Assembly: GCA_963816145.1 (NCBI GenBank)
Contig: CAWFJP010000012.1
Span: forward strand, 1-64,000
DNA from: an uncultured delta proteobacterium
Lineage (GTDB): Bacteria > Desulfobacterota > Binatia > UBA9968
Direction: 5' to 3'
Length of the DNA stretch: 64,000 bases
Both the position numbers and the translations under genes were made by a program. The notes under the pieces were generated by a model. That model did no database searches and was not told the origin of the DNA. It saw only the letters and a program-made list of their open reading frames with translations. The stretch's first letter is position 1; every line of letters starts with the position of its first letter. Positions 39,430 through 49,423 of this stretch are shown one piece after another.

Positions 39430-40914
39430 ATGCTTTCCCTCGACGAAATTATTGCCAAGCTGACTGATATCGTCGGTCCGCGGCGGGTCTCGACCAATCC
39501 CATCGACAAGATCAACTATCAACACACTCTGGCTTATGGCGCCTACCGCGCTTTGCCCGACGTGATCGTGCGCGTCGAGTCCGATGCCCAGGGCAACCAC
39601 AAGGTTGCCGACATTCTGAAATTCGCCAACGAACATAAGATTCCCATCGTCGCCAAAGGCGGCGTCGGCATGGGTATCAGTTCACCGCTCAAGGGCGGCG
39701 TCCTGCTCGACATGCTCGGCATGGACAAGATTCTCGAAGTGAATCCGGCCATGCAGTATGTGATCGCCGAAGGCGGCGCCAGCGTCTACGCCATCCATCA
39801 CGCCCTGCGCCAACAGGGGTTGATGCTGCCCAACTTTGGCACCTACGGTCCGGCGGTCGTCATCGGTGCGATGATCAACAAGGGCGGTATTGGCTATGGC
39901 ATGAGCCGGTACGGGTGGATCGCTGATATGGTGCTGGGTTTGGAAGTCATTCTCGCCAACGGCGAAACCATTCGCCTTGGTGCGCTGGCTAATCAGGGCA
40001 CTACATTCGGACCGTTTCAGAAGTGGATTCACCTGCCGGATTTGCTCGGCTTGTTCACTCTCGCTGCCGGATCCATGGGCATCATCAGCAAAGTTTGTCT
40101 GCGCGCGATTCAATGCCGGCGCGAATGGCTGCACGATTACTGCTACGTATTTCGCCGCGATCAGCTGCAACAGGTGCAGGATTCCCTGATAGAATTAGTC
40201 CGCGGCGAAGTCGTCTACGACATCCATTTCACCGACCGCTGGCAGTACCACTGGCCGATGGAAGAGGGGCTGTACGATAAAAACAAGATTCCCGACGACG
40301 GCTGGTTTTTTCTCAAAACCGTTCTAATGGCGCGCGACCAAGAGGAGTTGGGGTTCAAAGAAAAACGCATGCGGCGCATTTATGAAAGCACCGGCGCCGT
40401 GGACGTGCCTGAGATCGCCGACAAGGCGATGGGAGCCAAGGCGCAGGAGCTGGGCCTGCATGGTTGGCCAGACTGGCATATCATGGGACCCGACGCTTGG
40501 TGTGGCACGGTGGTGCGCCACACCGGCATGTTCGCGGTGACTTCAAAGATGTATCCGTTGCGCTTTCTCAAAGAGATGTACGATCTCGACGAAGCGGCCA
40601 AGCGCGAGTGCGGCATTTGGGACGCCGAACATTCGCCGCAGCATGATAGTTACGTTACCCGCGACTTCGCGATTAAAGAAGAGTACTTTACTTTTTACAA
40701 TCCCTACGACGATGAAGATGTCGGCCGGCTGCGCAAATGGATGGGCATGGTGGCGCAGTTCAGCAACGAACGGGGCGTGGTCTGGACGGCGCCGACTCTA
40801 AGCACCAAGGGGCCGGTGCCCTACAACCGGTTGGGCAGCCTCTACGATGTCGTCAAAGAGATCAAGCAGTTGGTCGATCCGAATAATATTCTGAATCCCG
40901 GCGCGCTGTATTAA
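39430..40914 (+). CDS. FAD-linked oxidase/dehydrogenase (VAO/PCMH/GlcD fold)
   Basis: PDVIVRVES, IPIVAKGG, GGVLLD..GMDKILEVN, LGLEVILANGE, GSMGIISK, C-terminal DPNNILNPG. Confidence 0.9.
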   Translation: MLSLDEIIAKLTDIVGPRRVSTNPIDKINYQHTLAYGAYRALPDVIVRVESDAQGNHKVADILKFANEHKIPIVAKGGVGMGISSPLKGGVLLDMLGMDKILEVNPAMQYVIAEGGASVYAIHHALRQQGLMLPNFGTYGPAVVIGAMINKGGIGYGMSRYGWIADMVLGLEVILANGETIRLGALANQGTTFGPFQKWIHLPDLLGLFTLAAGSMGIISKVCLRAIQCRREWLHDYCYVFRRDQLQQVQDSLIELVRGEVVYDIHFTDRWQYHWPMEEGLYDKNKIPDDGWFFLKTVLMARDQEELGFKEKRMRRIYESTGAVDVPEIADKAMGAKAQELGLHGWPDWHIMGPDAWCGTVVRHTGMFAVTSKMYPLRFLKEMYDLDEAAKRECGIWDAEHSPQHDSYVTRDFAIKEEYFTFYNPYDDEDVGRLRKWMGMVAQFSNERGVVWTAPTLSTKGPVPYNRLGSLYDVVKEIKQLVDPNNILNPGALY

Positions 40915-40998
40915 ATTCGTTCAAGGTCAGGGGTTCAAAGTCGGCGATTGAGTGCGCATGAGAGTTTTGTTGATTAAGCTGAAGTAAGGAGAAGCATT

Positions 40999-41793
40999 AT
41001 GGGACTGGGCAGACAGGATTTTTCCGGCAAGAAACTTTCCCCGCAGGACGCCGACGCGGTGATCGCGGATTTGAAAAAATATTTGCTCGACCTTGCCGAC
41101 AAATGGCTGATCAAAGGGCGCTTTCACGCTGACATGGGTAATGGCGCGCTGCCCATGGAAGCGATCAAAATTTTCTGGCAAAACTGGTACGGCTTCGTCG
41201 CCGAGATCAATAATTTTCATGGTGTCGCTTATCAGCGTCAGCAGCCGTTTTTTAAACGTCATCCGGAACTGCTCAAACATTTCGCCGCCCATGTGGCCGA
41301 CGAGATGATCCATCCCAAGCCCCCAGGCCATATTCAAATCGTTCTCGAACAGGGGCGCAACTTTGGTCTCAACGACGCCGAAATGGTCGAGTACGAGATG
41401 CTCGCCGAGTGTCGTGCTTTCTTAGAATACTATCGCGGCGTGCTCTACGAGGGCACCATCGTCGAGTGGTGGGCGTCGTTCTGCGTCGAAGAGGCAGTGG
41501 GCCACTGGGCGCGCTTCTTTGGCGGCGCGCTGCGCAAGGTATACAATTTTCCTGAAGATAAGATCGTTTACTTTCGCGTGCACGCCAAAGCTGATCTGGA
41601 AGAGCACGACGGCATTATGGCCCATGCCGATCTCGATTGGCTAGTCCTAAAGAACCTGCTCATCGAAGGTAAGGCCGAGACGCGGCCAGGATTCAATCTC
41701 GAATACTGCATGCGCATGGGCACGGCGTATTTCGCCTGGTTCTTTGAAGGTGTGTACCAGCAGATTAAAAAGGAAGGCCTCTACAAAGAATAA
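40999..41793 (+). CDS. Heme-oxygenase-like diiron enzyme (HDO; TenA/PqqC/CADD superfamily)
   Basis: Helical protein with ADE...GH, VEE and YFRVHAKADLEEH...H putative diiron ligands. Confidence 0.78.
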   Translation: MGLGRQDFSGKKLSPQDADAVIADLKKYLLDLADKWLIKGRFHADMGNGALPMEAIKIFWQNWYGFVAEINNFHGVAYQRQQPFFKRHPELLKHFAAHVADEMIHPKPPGHIQIVLEQGRNFGLNDAEMVEYEMLAECRAFLEYYRGVLYEGTIVEWWASFCVEEAVGHWARFFGGALRKVYNFPEDKIVYFRVHAKADLEEHDGIMAHADLDWLVLKNLLIEGKAETRPGFNLEYCMRMGTAYFAWFFEGVYQQIKKEGLYKE

Positions 41794-41795
41794 AT

Positions 41796-42822
41796 ATGGC
41801 GGAGCCTACGAAAGAGGACATTTCACCCCGTCCGCTGATGCGCATACTCGGCGATTTCGCCAACAGTCAAATTCTGGACGCGGCGCTGGAATACGATTTT
41901 TTCACGCTGATCAGCAAAGGTTTTAATAGCGCCGAAGCGGTGGCGCGCGAGGCCGGCACCGATGCGCGGGCCACGCGCATCGTGCTCGACAGCTTACCGG
42001 CATTGTCCTTGATCGAAAAACGCGACGGCAAGTATTTCCTTACGCCATCGGCGCAGGCCTTTCTGGTCAAGGGCAAGCCTTCCTATTGCGGCGATTTCCG
42101 CCATGTCGCCTTAGCGCTGTGGGACGGCATGGCTCATCTCAAAGAATCGCTCAAGACCGGCAAACCGCTGAGTCGTATGGATACCCATGCCGAGCTGCAG
42201 GTGTGGGAAAAACTCGTGCTCGGCATCATCGTGATTGCCGAGCCGGCGGCCAAGGCGCTGTGCGATATTCTAAAAATCGGCAGCGAGCGCAAAGGGCTGC
42301 GCGTGCTCGACATCGCCGGCGGTTCGAGCATCTTCGGCATGACCATCGTGACGCGCGACCCAACGGCGCAGGTCACCCAGCTCGACTGGCCCAACGTCAA
42401 CGCGGTGGCGAGGAAGGCCAACAAGGAGCGCGGCCTTGAAGGCAAGATTCGCTTCATCGACGGCGAGCATCACACGGCCGACATCGAATCGAATCACTAT
42501 GATTTGGTTCTCGCCAGTAATTTCTGCCGCTTCGAATCGCCCAAACGCAATCAAGAACTGTTCGCCAAAGCGTTTTCCGCTTTGAAGCCGGGCGGTATCT
42601 TCGTTGTTAATGATTTCGTGCCCAACGAAGAACGCACCGAGCCGACCTTCGCGTTGCGCTTTTCCGTTTACACGCTGACGCACACGCCGGAGGGCGAGTG
42701 CTGGACCTTATCGCAATATTCCGATTGGTTGAAAGAAAGCGGGTTTCGCTTCGATCACGATCTCACGGCGATATTCCCAAGACGCTTCCGGGGACCACGC
42801 TGATTCTGGCGACGAAAAGTTA
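41796..42822 (+). CDS. SAM-dependent O/N-methyltransferase (dimerisation domain plus Methyltransf_2), C-terminus apparently frameshifted
   Basis: LDIAGGS motif I, LDWPNV, ALKPGG.FVVNDF. The called ORF ends at 42803, but another frame gives HGDIPKTLPGTTLILATKS* ending at 42822. Confidence 0.85.
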
Positions 42823-43017
42823 AAAGAACTTAGCCGCACCCTTCGACTGCTCTCAGGGGCGATCCGAATGCAGAGTAGACAAATTCTCGTAGGATCGGTT
42901 GAGTTCCGAGGAATCCGAACGCTGGCGCTTTCGCACTGGAGCGCGGCAGCGCGCAGATTAACTGCGCCCCGACAAAGTCGGTTGCCATTGCCGGGATGAA
43001 ACCGCGGCTGGCAGTTT

Positions 43018-43926
43018 CTAGAAGAATTTCTTGCCGCCGCTTTCCCAGCGGGTGAGACCTTTGCCTTGTTCTTTGCGGGCGGCGATGATGCGGCGCCATT
43101 TTTCTTCGTCGTCGAGCAGTTCTTCCTTCTGATTCGGCGCGTGGGCGGTGATTTGTAAACGATTATTGTCGGGATCGAAAAGATAGATGCTGCGTTCGCC
43201 TTCGGGTCTTAGCCCATCATCAGCGCGCTTGTCGCCCTGACTCTTGCCGCCGTAGCGTTCGACCAGCGCGACCATGGAATCGAAATCTTCCTGCGGTACA
43301 TTCATCGCCATATGACAGCCGCGGCCGTGTTTCTTGCTGCGCTCGGATAGTTCCGCGACTTCTACGAGACCGATCATCTGACCGTTGCGCGTTGGGATCA
43401 ACATCTCATCGCCAAACGCGATTGGCACAGCCGTGCCGAGCACTTCGGAGTAAAAGGTTAGCGCCTTTTTCATGTTGCAAGTTTCGAATACCGTGTGGCT
43501 GATACATTCGTCGAGAGGCTCGACGCTGCGCACGCAGAATTCAAGATGATTGCCGTCGGGATCGTCGAAATAGATCGAGCGGCTAATCGCCGCTTCGGGC
43601 GAATGTCGGACTGGGCCTTTGAACAGGTGTTTCGCCAAAAGTAGATTCTGTTCAACCTGGTCGAACTGCTCGCTGGTGACGCTGATTCCGATGCGCGGGC
43701 CGGCGCTGGCAGACGGCCCAGCGTTGATGCCCGGCAGGTGTAGGCCGATTATGTTTCCCCCGGCGAGCACATAGGTTTGGCGCGGAGCGCCGTCGGGGTT
43801 AAGCCGGGTGGTTTTGAACTTCAGTCCCAAGGTATTGATATAAAAATTTTGATTGACCTCCAAATCGCGCACCGGGATCGCGATGTGATCGATGGTTTCG
43901 ACGCCGTAACGAATTTCTGCGACCAT
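43018..43926 (-). CDS. Two-domain VOC/glyoxalase-family protein
   Basis: IDHIAIPVRDL...FY, SIYFDDPDGNHLEF; second domain ISHTVF...CHMAM...IYLFDPDNNRLQI. Confidence 0.88.
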   Translation of the reverse strand: MVAEIRYGVETIDHIAIPVRDLEVNQNFYINTLGLKFKTTRLNPDGAPRQTYVLAGGNIIGLHLPGINAGPSASAGPRIGISVTSEQFDQVEQNLLLAKHLFKGPVRHSPEAAISRSIYFDDPDGNHLEFCVRSVEPLDECISHTVFETCNMKKALTFYSEVLGTAVPIAFGDEMLIPTRNGQMIGLVEVAELSERSKKHGRGCHMAMNVPQEDFDSMVALVERYGGKSQGDKRADDGLRPEGERSIYLFDPDNNRLQITAHAPNQKEELLDDEEKWRRIIAARKEQGKGLTRWESGGKKFF

Positions 43927-44036
43927 TCAACTTACCTCCGACACTGCAGCCCAATTTTTCCGAGAAAACTAACTCTATTAACTCCACAGCGTCAACCCTG
44001 GGGGCAAATTTTTTCTTGCCGCTGGGCGCAAACCGT

Positions 44037-45282
44037 TTAGCCAATTTCCGGAAACGTAAACTGCCTTTTGCCCAGCCGCCGCGCGCCGTTTTTCTCAATC
44101 ACCACGGTGTCACCGCAGCGGATCGAGTCGGGGGCATCGCCGGGCATGGCGCCGGGCTTGAGCACGAAGACATTACCTTCGAGCAGTGGCAAATCTAAGT
44201 GTTGAGTATAGGTCGCGCTGGTGTACATATCGCCGGCGACTTCGCCGGTAATCTGTGGCCGGTCTTCGCCGATACCGCGGCCGTGAAGCAACATGCCTTT
44301 GGGAATGAAACCGGCTTCGCGGACGAGCTTCTGGTAAAACTCGACTACGGCGCGATAGGAGACGCCGGGTTGCATGAACTGCACCAGTTCGTTAAACACG
44401 TTGACGCTGGCCTCGAAGGCGCGCTGTCAGATCGATGGGAATCTTACCCAAGCATGCGGCTTGCACGGTCTGAGAAATATAGCCGCCGTACTTCGCTTCC
44501 AATTCCGTGTTGATCATGTCGCCGGCTTGCAGCGGCCGATGGGGCGCGATGCGGCAGGCCCAAGGCACTCCGGCACCGGCGCCCCAGTGGGTCATCGATG
44601 GATAATCGCCGCCATTGGCAATGATCGTCTGCCAGATCGTCGCGACCATGTCGTTTTCCATGACGCCGGGGCGCGCTTTGGCGAGGATCGCGGCAACCAC
44701 TTTGTCGAGGATCTCCGCGGCGCGTTCCATCCAGGCGATTTCTTCGGCGCCTTTGATCGAGCGGGCGTCCTGTAATAGTTCGGTGGCGTTTTCAAAGTTG
44801 GCGTCGGGAAACGCGCGGCGCACGCTGTCGAGCATACCGCTGACCACGGTGCCTTCGGGTGCGCGTAAGAGGCCGCTCAGGCCGCTGACGCCGATTCGCC
44901 CGCGGTCCAACTTCAACTCTTTCATGCGCGCGATCATCGGTGGGCTCCATTCGCGCCGCGACGGGCGAATGTCAGTGGTCCAATCCTGAGCGACGCGCCA
45001 CCACTCGATTTCATTGCTGCCACGGACAAAGGCGGTGGGTTCGACCGCTATGGGAAAAACGACGGCAACTTCGGTTTGATGGCCGCCAATGTGGGTGAGG
45101 TAACGAATGTCGGCTTGGAACTGATCCCAATGGCTCTGGTTGGGAAATCCGATGATGGCGTCGAGCTGCTCGCGCTCCATTAGCTCGCGTACCCGTGACC
45201 AGCGCCGCTCTCGTTCCATGACGCTGAATTTACCTAGGCCAAAGCCTCTTTCACCGCTGTTTATCATGCTTCCGGCGCTCAC
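44037..45282 (-). pseudogene. M24 (creatinase/Xaa-Pro peptidase) family protein split by a 1-bp insertion near 44427
   Basis: Creatinase_N plus ARSIKGAEEI. Removing one base joins ...KIPIDL-QRAFEASVNV-FNELVQF into one ORF. May be an assembly error. Confidence 0.8.
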
Positions 45283-45451
45283 TTTCTTTCGATAATTCGT
45301 TATCTATAGGGCACCGACAGCCATGGATCAATGGTTTGCCTAGCTTTGACCGAATCTAGGTGCTAGAGTCCGGCCGTGCCGATGAAACGCCAAGCTGCCG
45401 ATTGCGCCGTGCAAGTCCGCCGCATCTAAGTCCCGCTCACGGGATATCCTT

Positions 45452-46858
45452 ATGCAATACCTGGCCATCTGCGAGGACGATCTGTTGTTTCAGTTCATGC
45501 GCAATGTCGCCACCGAGCAGGGCGACGTGCGCTACCTCGTGCCTAATGCAAATATCGCCCAGCGTATCAAACGGCAACGGGGTAAGGTTTGGCATGGCGA
45601 TCTGGTAAATGAAGAGACCTACAAGAAAATCAAACTGCACCATGTCGATCAGGCGGTGGTTTTTGTCCGTGACGGTGACGAACAGGATCGGGTGTGCCGC
45701 TTGTTGCGTGCCCTCGACAAAAATATCCCGATCGTTTCCTTGACATCGGAAAAAAACGGCAAAAAAACTACGAAAGAACCCGACGATCCGTTGTTGCGCC
45801 ACTTGCAGCTCGCCGATATTTTCGCCGAGTTTTGCGCAACTCAACTGCTCGACACTCTCAATATCAAGAAAGTCGAGCGCATCCGCTCGTTGTTCGACGA
45901 AGGCAAGAAGATTCACATCCTATTGCAGCATGATCCCGATCCCGACGCCATCGGCAGCGCTTTGGCGCTGCGCGAGTTGCTCGGGCGCAACCGTACGACC
46001 ACGCCGATCGTGACGTTCGGCTCCATCACCCGCCCGGAGAATTTGGCGATGATCGAGCTGTTGGAAATTCACATCGATCAGATCACCCCCGATGACTTAC
46101 ACAAAGACGGCGCACGCCTAGCCATGGTCGACGTCCAGCCGCCTTACTTTGAGCAGACCCTCGGACGGGTCGACCTGGTCGTCGACCACCATCCGAAGCG
46201 GAGCAACTTCAAGGCGCGCTTCGCCGATTTGCGCACCGCCTACGGCTCGACGGCGACGATCTTCACAGAATATCTACGTGCCGCCGGCATGGAGCCGTCG
46301 CAGCGCTTAGCCACCGCGCTGCTCTACGGCATCAAGACCGATACGTTGTTTCTCGAACGGGGCAGCAATTTGGCCGACTTGAGTGCGTTCAACTATCTTT
46401 ATCCGATCGCCAATAAGGCGATGATTGCCCGCATCGAACGACCGGCGCTGCCGCGTGAAGATCTCGAAGCGATGGGGCGGGCACTGAGCCACCTGCAAAT
46501 CGATAGCGGTGTCGCGGTGATCCACTTGGGCGAAGTCAACCGCGAAGACGTGATTCCGCAGATGGCGGAGTTTTGCTTGCAAATCGAAGGCGTTGACTGG
46601 AGCGTAGTATCCGGTTTAGTAAACAATCGCGTTGTCATCTCGGTGCGCAATGTTGGCTACGTCAAGAGCGCCGGCGAGATCATGAAAAAACTCTACGACG
46701 ATATCGGCAGCGCCGGCGGCCACCGTGCCATGGCCAAAGCCGTGGTTCCCCTCGACCGTTTCAAAGAGCGCTTCGGCGAAGTCAGCGAGAAAGTCATTCG
46801 CGAAGCGATGCTGCCGCTGATCGTCGATAAAGATCAGATCGAGCTGGAGTTGCGATAA
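45452..46858 (+). CDS. DHH/DHHA1 phosphoesterase with N-terminal TrkA-N/RCK-like domain
   Basis: QHDPDPDAIGS, MVD, VDHHP, LYGIKTDT, SAGGHRAMA; N-terminal WHGDLVNEETY..IKL..VD.AVV resembles TrkA-N. Confidence 0.88.
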   Translation: MQYLAICEDDLLFQFMRNVATEQGDVRYLVPNANIAQRIKRQRGKVWHGDLVNEETYKKIKLHHVDQAVVFVRDGDEQDRVCRLLRALDKNIPIVSLTSEKNGKKTTKEPDDPLLRHLQLADIFAEFCATQLLDTLNIKKVERIRSLFDEGKKIHILLQHDPDPDAIGSALALRELLGRNRTTTPIVTFGSITRPENLAMIELLEIHIDQITPDDLHKDGARLAMVDVQPPYFEQTLGRVDLVVDHHPKRSNFKARFADLRTAYGSTATIFTEYLRAAGMEPSQRLATALLYGIKTDTLFLERGSNLADLSAFNYLYPIANKAMIARIERPALPREDLEAMGRALSHLQIDSGVAVIHLGEVNREDVIPQMAEFCLQIEGVDWSVVSGLVNNRVVISVRNVGYVKSAGEIMKKLYDDIGSAGGHRAMAKAVVPLDRFKERFGEVSEKVIREAMLPLIVDKDQIELELR

Positions 46859-46867
46859 ACGGATTCG

Positions 46868-46941
46868 TTGGAGTGATGGAGTGGTGGAGTAATGGGTTAT
46901 CCGCAGCCCACCACTCCAATGCTCCAGCACTCCATTACTCC
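46868..46941. repeat. Octamer tandem repeats forming an inverted pair
   Basis: ttggagtg-atggagtg-gtggagta-atggg ... cccacc-actccaat-gctccagc-actccatt-actcc. Confidence 0.78.
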
Positions 46942-47028
46942 GCTGCCATTCGTACCGCCGCCAATTGACAAGCCAACCCGCGCCGCGATAGGTTCGGTCG
47001 CACCGGCAACCCGGTTCAGGAGGGCGTT

Positions 47029-47382
47029 ATGGAATGCATTAATCTGGGTCAGAAGATCGACGAGGCGCGCGCGCAGAAGATTAAAAACAGCCATTTCTTC
47101 GGCACGGACAATTTTCGCACCTGGATGCTTTACTTCGAGCCCGGCGACGATACACCGATGCATTTTCATCAGAACCCGGAAACTTTCCTGGTGGTCCGGG
47201 GCGAGTGTTCGATCAAGGATCTCAAAGGCGGCGAGCGGGTGGTCAAAAAGGACGACATCGTGTTTTTCGCGGCCAAGGAGTACTACCAGCTAATCAACAA
47301 GGGGACCGAACCCCTGGTGTTGTTCGGCAATCGCTCCGAACCGTTCGGTATTGGCATCACCCGAGCCGAAGCAACAAAATAG
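47029..47382 (+). CDS. Cupin domain protein
   Basis: PGDDTPMHFHQNPETFLVVRGE motif 1; SD aggagg. Confidence 0.88.
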   Translation: MECINLGQKIDEARAQKIKNSHFFGTDNFRTWMLYFEPGDDTPMHFHQNPETFLVVRGECSIKDLKGGERVVKKDDIVFFAAKEYYQLINKGTEPLVLFGNRSEPFGIGITRAEATK

Positions 47383-47418
47383 ATTTCGACAATTTCAAAC
47401 TTTTCCTAGGAGGAATAT

Positions 47419-47811
47419 ATGCCCAAACTTCGTCATCTGGCGATTAAAACGGAAGATACCGGCAAGCTTGCAACTTTCTACATGGACGTTTTCGAGATGC
47501 AGGTTTTGCACAAAGACAAACAAGAAGGCGGCGCGGTTTATTTGACCGACGGCTATTTCAATCTCGCGATCCTGCCGAACAACGAGCAACAGTCGCCCAA
47601 CGGGCTGTACCATTTCGGTTTCGAAGTGGAGAACGGCGAGAAGATCGTCGAACGGCTAAAAAAGTTCAATCCCAACAAAATGCCGAAACAGCGCCCCAAT
47701 GGCCGGCCCTATGCCGAGACGCGCACTTCGGATATCGACGGCAACTATTTCGATATTTCCGAGCATGGCTTTCAAGTCGTCCAACCGGTGGGCGGCAAGG
47801 AAGAGAATTAA
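47419..47811 (+). CDS. VOC/glyoxalase-family protein, copy 1
   Basis: LRHLAIKTED, LTDGYFNLAIL, GLYHFGFEV, D.DGNYFDISEHG; SD aggagg. Confidence 0.9.
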   Translation: MPKLRHLAIKTEDTGKLATFYMDVFEMQVLHKDKQEGGAVYLTDGYFNLAILPNNEQQSPNGLYHFGFEVENGEKIVERLKKFNPNKMPKQRPNGRPYAETRTSDIDGNYFDISEHGFQVVQPVGGKEEN

Positions 47812-47846
47812 CAGTCTCCCAGAATTTTCAAGGCAAGGAGGACAAT

Positions 47847-48239
47847 ATGCCTAAGATCAAACATTTGGCTATTCGCACGGAAGATACCGGCAAGCTCGCG
47901 ACCTTTTACATGGACGTCTTCGAGATGCAGATGTTACACAAGGAAAAAAACGAAGGCGGCGCGATTTTCCTCACCGACGGGTATTTCAATCTAGCGATCC
48001 TGCCCAATCATGAACAGAACGCGCCCAACGGTCTGTACCATTTCGGCTTCGAAGTGGAGAGCGGCGAGAAGATCGTCGACCGAATGAAAAAGGTCAACCC
48101 CAACAAATTGCCGAAAGGCCGTCCCAACGGCCGTCCCTACGCCGAGACCCGCGGCTCCGATCCCGATGGCAATTATTTCGACATCTCCGAGCATGGCTTT
48201 CAAAATGTCGTGCCGCTGGGCGAGAAAAAGAGTGACTAG
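47847..48239 (+). CDS. VOC/glyoxalase-family protein, copy 2
   Basis: Same length (130 aa) and near-identical motifs to 47419-47811; SD aaggagg. Confidence 0.9.
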   Translation: MPKIKHLAIRTEDTGKLATFYMDVFEMQMLHKEKNEGGAIFLTDGYFNLAILPNHEQNAPNGLYHFGFEVESGEKIVDRMKKVNPNKLPKGRPNGRPYAETRGSDPDGNYFDISEHGFQNVVPLGEKKSD

Positions 48240-48336
48240 TTAGCCGAAACGATAGCCGCTTCTCGTATCCTTAGATTGGGCCGGCGAGGGCGATACGGTC
48301 GCCGACCCAAGAGCGGAACAAACGGGGGTCAGCGCG

Positions 48337-49374
48337 ATGACGAGAATCACTTTGCCTCATGGCCGCCGAAGGTTGTATGGCGCGTGTGGTATGTTCGTTA
48401 TCCTCTCGCTGGTCCTTTGCCTGCCGAGTCCTTCGACCGGTCAGACTAAATCATATCTGTCCTCCAGCGTGACCAGCGAAAGCATGACTCATGTCTGGGT
48501 GGCGCGCGAACGCGGCTTGTTCAAAAAATATGGCGTCGACATGCAGTTCATACTCATGCCGCGCAATCCCTTGGCCATCGCGGCTTTGCTTGCGGGTGAA
48601 ATTGACGCGGCGATCATCGGTCCCGGCCATCTCGTCAACGCTGGTCTGAGCGGCGCGGAGCTCGCCGGCATCGCCAACTTCAATCAGAAACTAGATTTTC
48701 GCCTTAACACGCGCCCCGACATCAAGAAGCCGGAGGACCTTCGTGGTAAACGGATCGCGGTTAGCGGTCCAGGATCAACGTCGCATCTGGTGTCGATGTT
48801 GGCGCTTCAAGGACTCAATCTCGACCCCGTTCAAGCGAAAATTTCTTTTCTGACGATACCGGGGACTGAAATGAACCGGCGCTTGGCCCTTGAGAGCGGC
48901 AGTGTCGATGCCACCACGCTAAGAGGCGCGATGGGCGAGGTCTACGCCAACAAAGGTTATACCTTGCTTTATAACTTGAAGTCCGCCGGCGTGACCCTGC
49001 CGCAGAACATGATGGTGACGACGCGGCGCGCGGCGGCGACAAAGCCGCAGGTGATCGAAGGCCATTTGAAAGCCACCATCGAGGCGATCGCGATGATTAA
49101 CGATCCGGCGAATAAGGAACTCGTGAACCGGCTCTTGGCAACTAACCTGCGTTTGAGCAATCCGGCCGATATCGAGGAATCCTATCAAGCCGTGGTCACC
49201 AACTATGAGCGCGCGCCGCACACCAGCGTGGAGGGAATGAAGCGGCTGCAAAAACTCTTAATCCAGCTCAACCCCAAGATCGCCGACGTGCGCGTCGAGA
49301 CGCTTCTCGACAACTCGTTCATGAACAAGCTCGAAAGTTCCGGGTTCATTCAGGGCTTGTATAAAAAGAATTGA
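48337..49374 (+). CDS. NMT1/SsuA-type ABC transporter substrate-binding protein
   Basis: Signal peptide, VARERGLFKKYGVD, ALLAGEID, DLRGKRIAVS.PGS, DNSF...LE.SGFI..LY. Confidence 0.88.
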   Translation: MTRITLPHGRRRLYGACGMFVILSLVLCLPSPSTGQTKSYLSSSVTSESMTHVWVARERGLFKKYGVDMQFILMPRNPLAIAALLAGEIDAAIIGPGHLVNAGLSGAELAGIANFNQKLDFRLNTRPDIKKPEDLRGKRIAVSGPGSTSHLVSMLALQGLNLDPVQAKISFLTIPGTEMNRRLALESGSVDATTLRGAMGEVYANKGYTLLYNLKSAGVTLPQNMMVTTRRAAATKPQVIEGHLKATIEAIAMINDPANKELVNRLLATNLRLSNPADIEESYQAVVTNYERAPHTSVEGMKRLQKLLIQLNPKIADVRVETLLDNSFMNKLESSGFIQGLYKKN

Positions 49375-49423
49375 TAATTCACTCGCTATAATAATTGTCA
49401 TTGAAGATGGAGAATTTTGCACC

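Noticed and set aside
48276-48310. Hairpin ttgggccggcga...tcgccgacccaa as an ncRNA or group II intron remnant
   Set aside because: A single stem-loop without a U-tract or domain V motif; at most an mRNA stability element.
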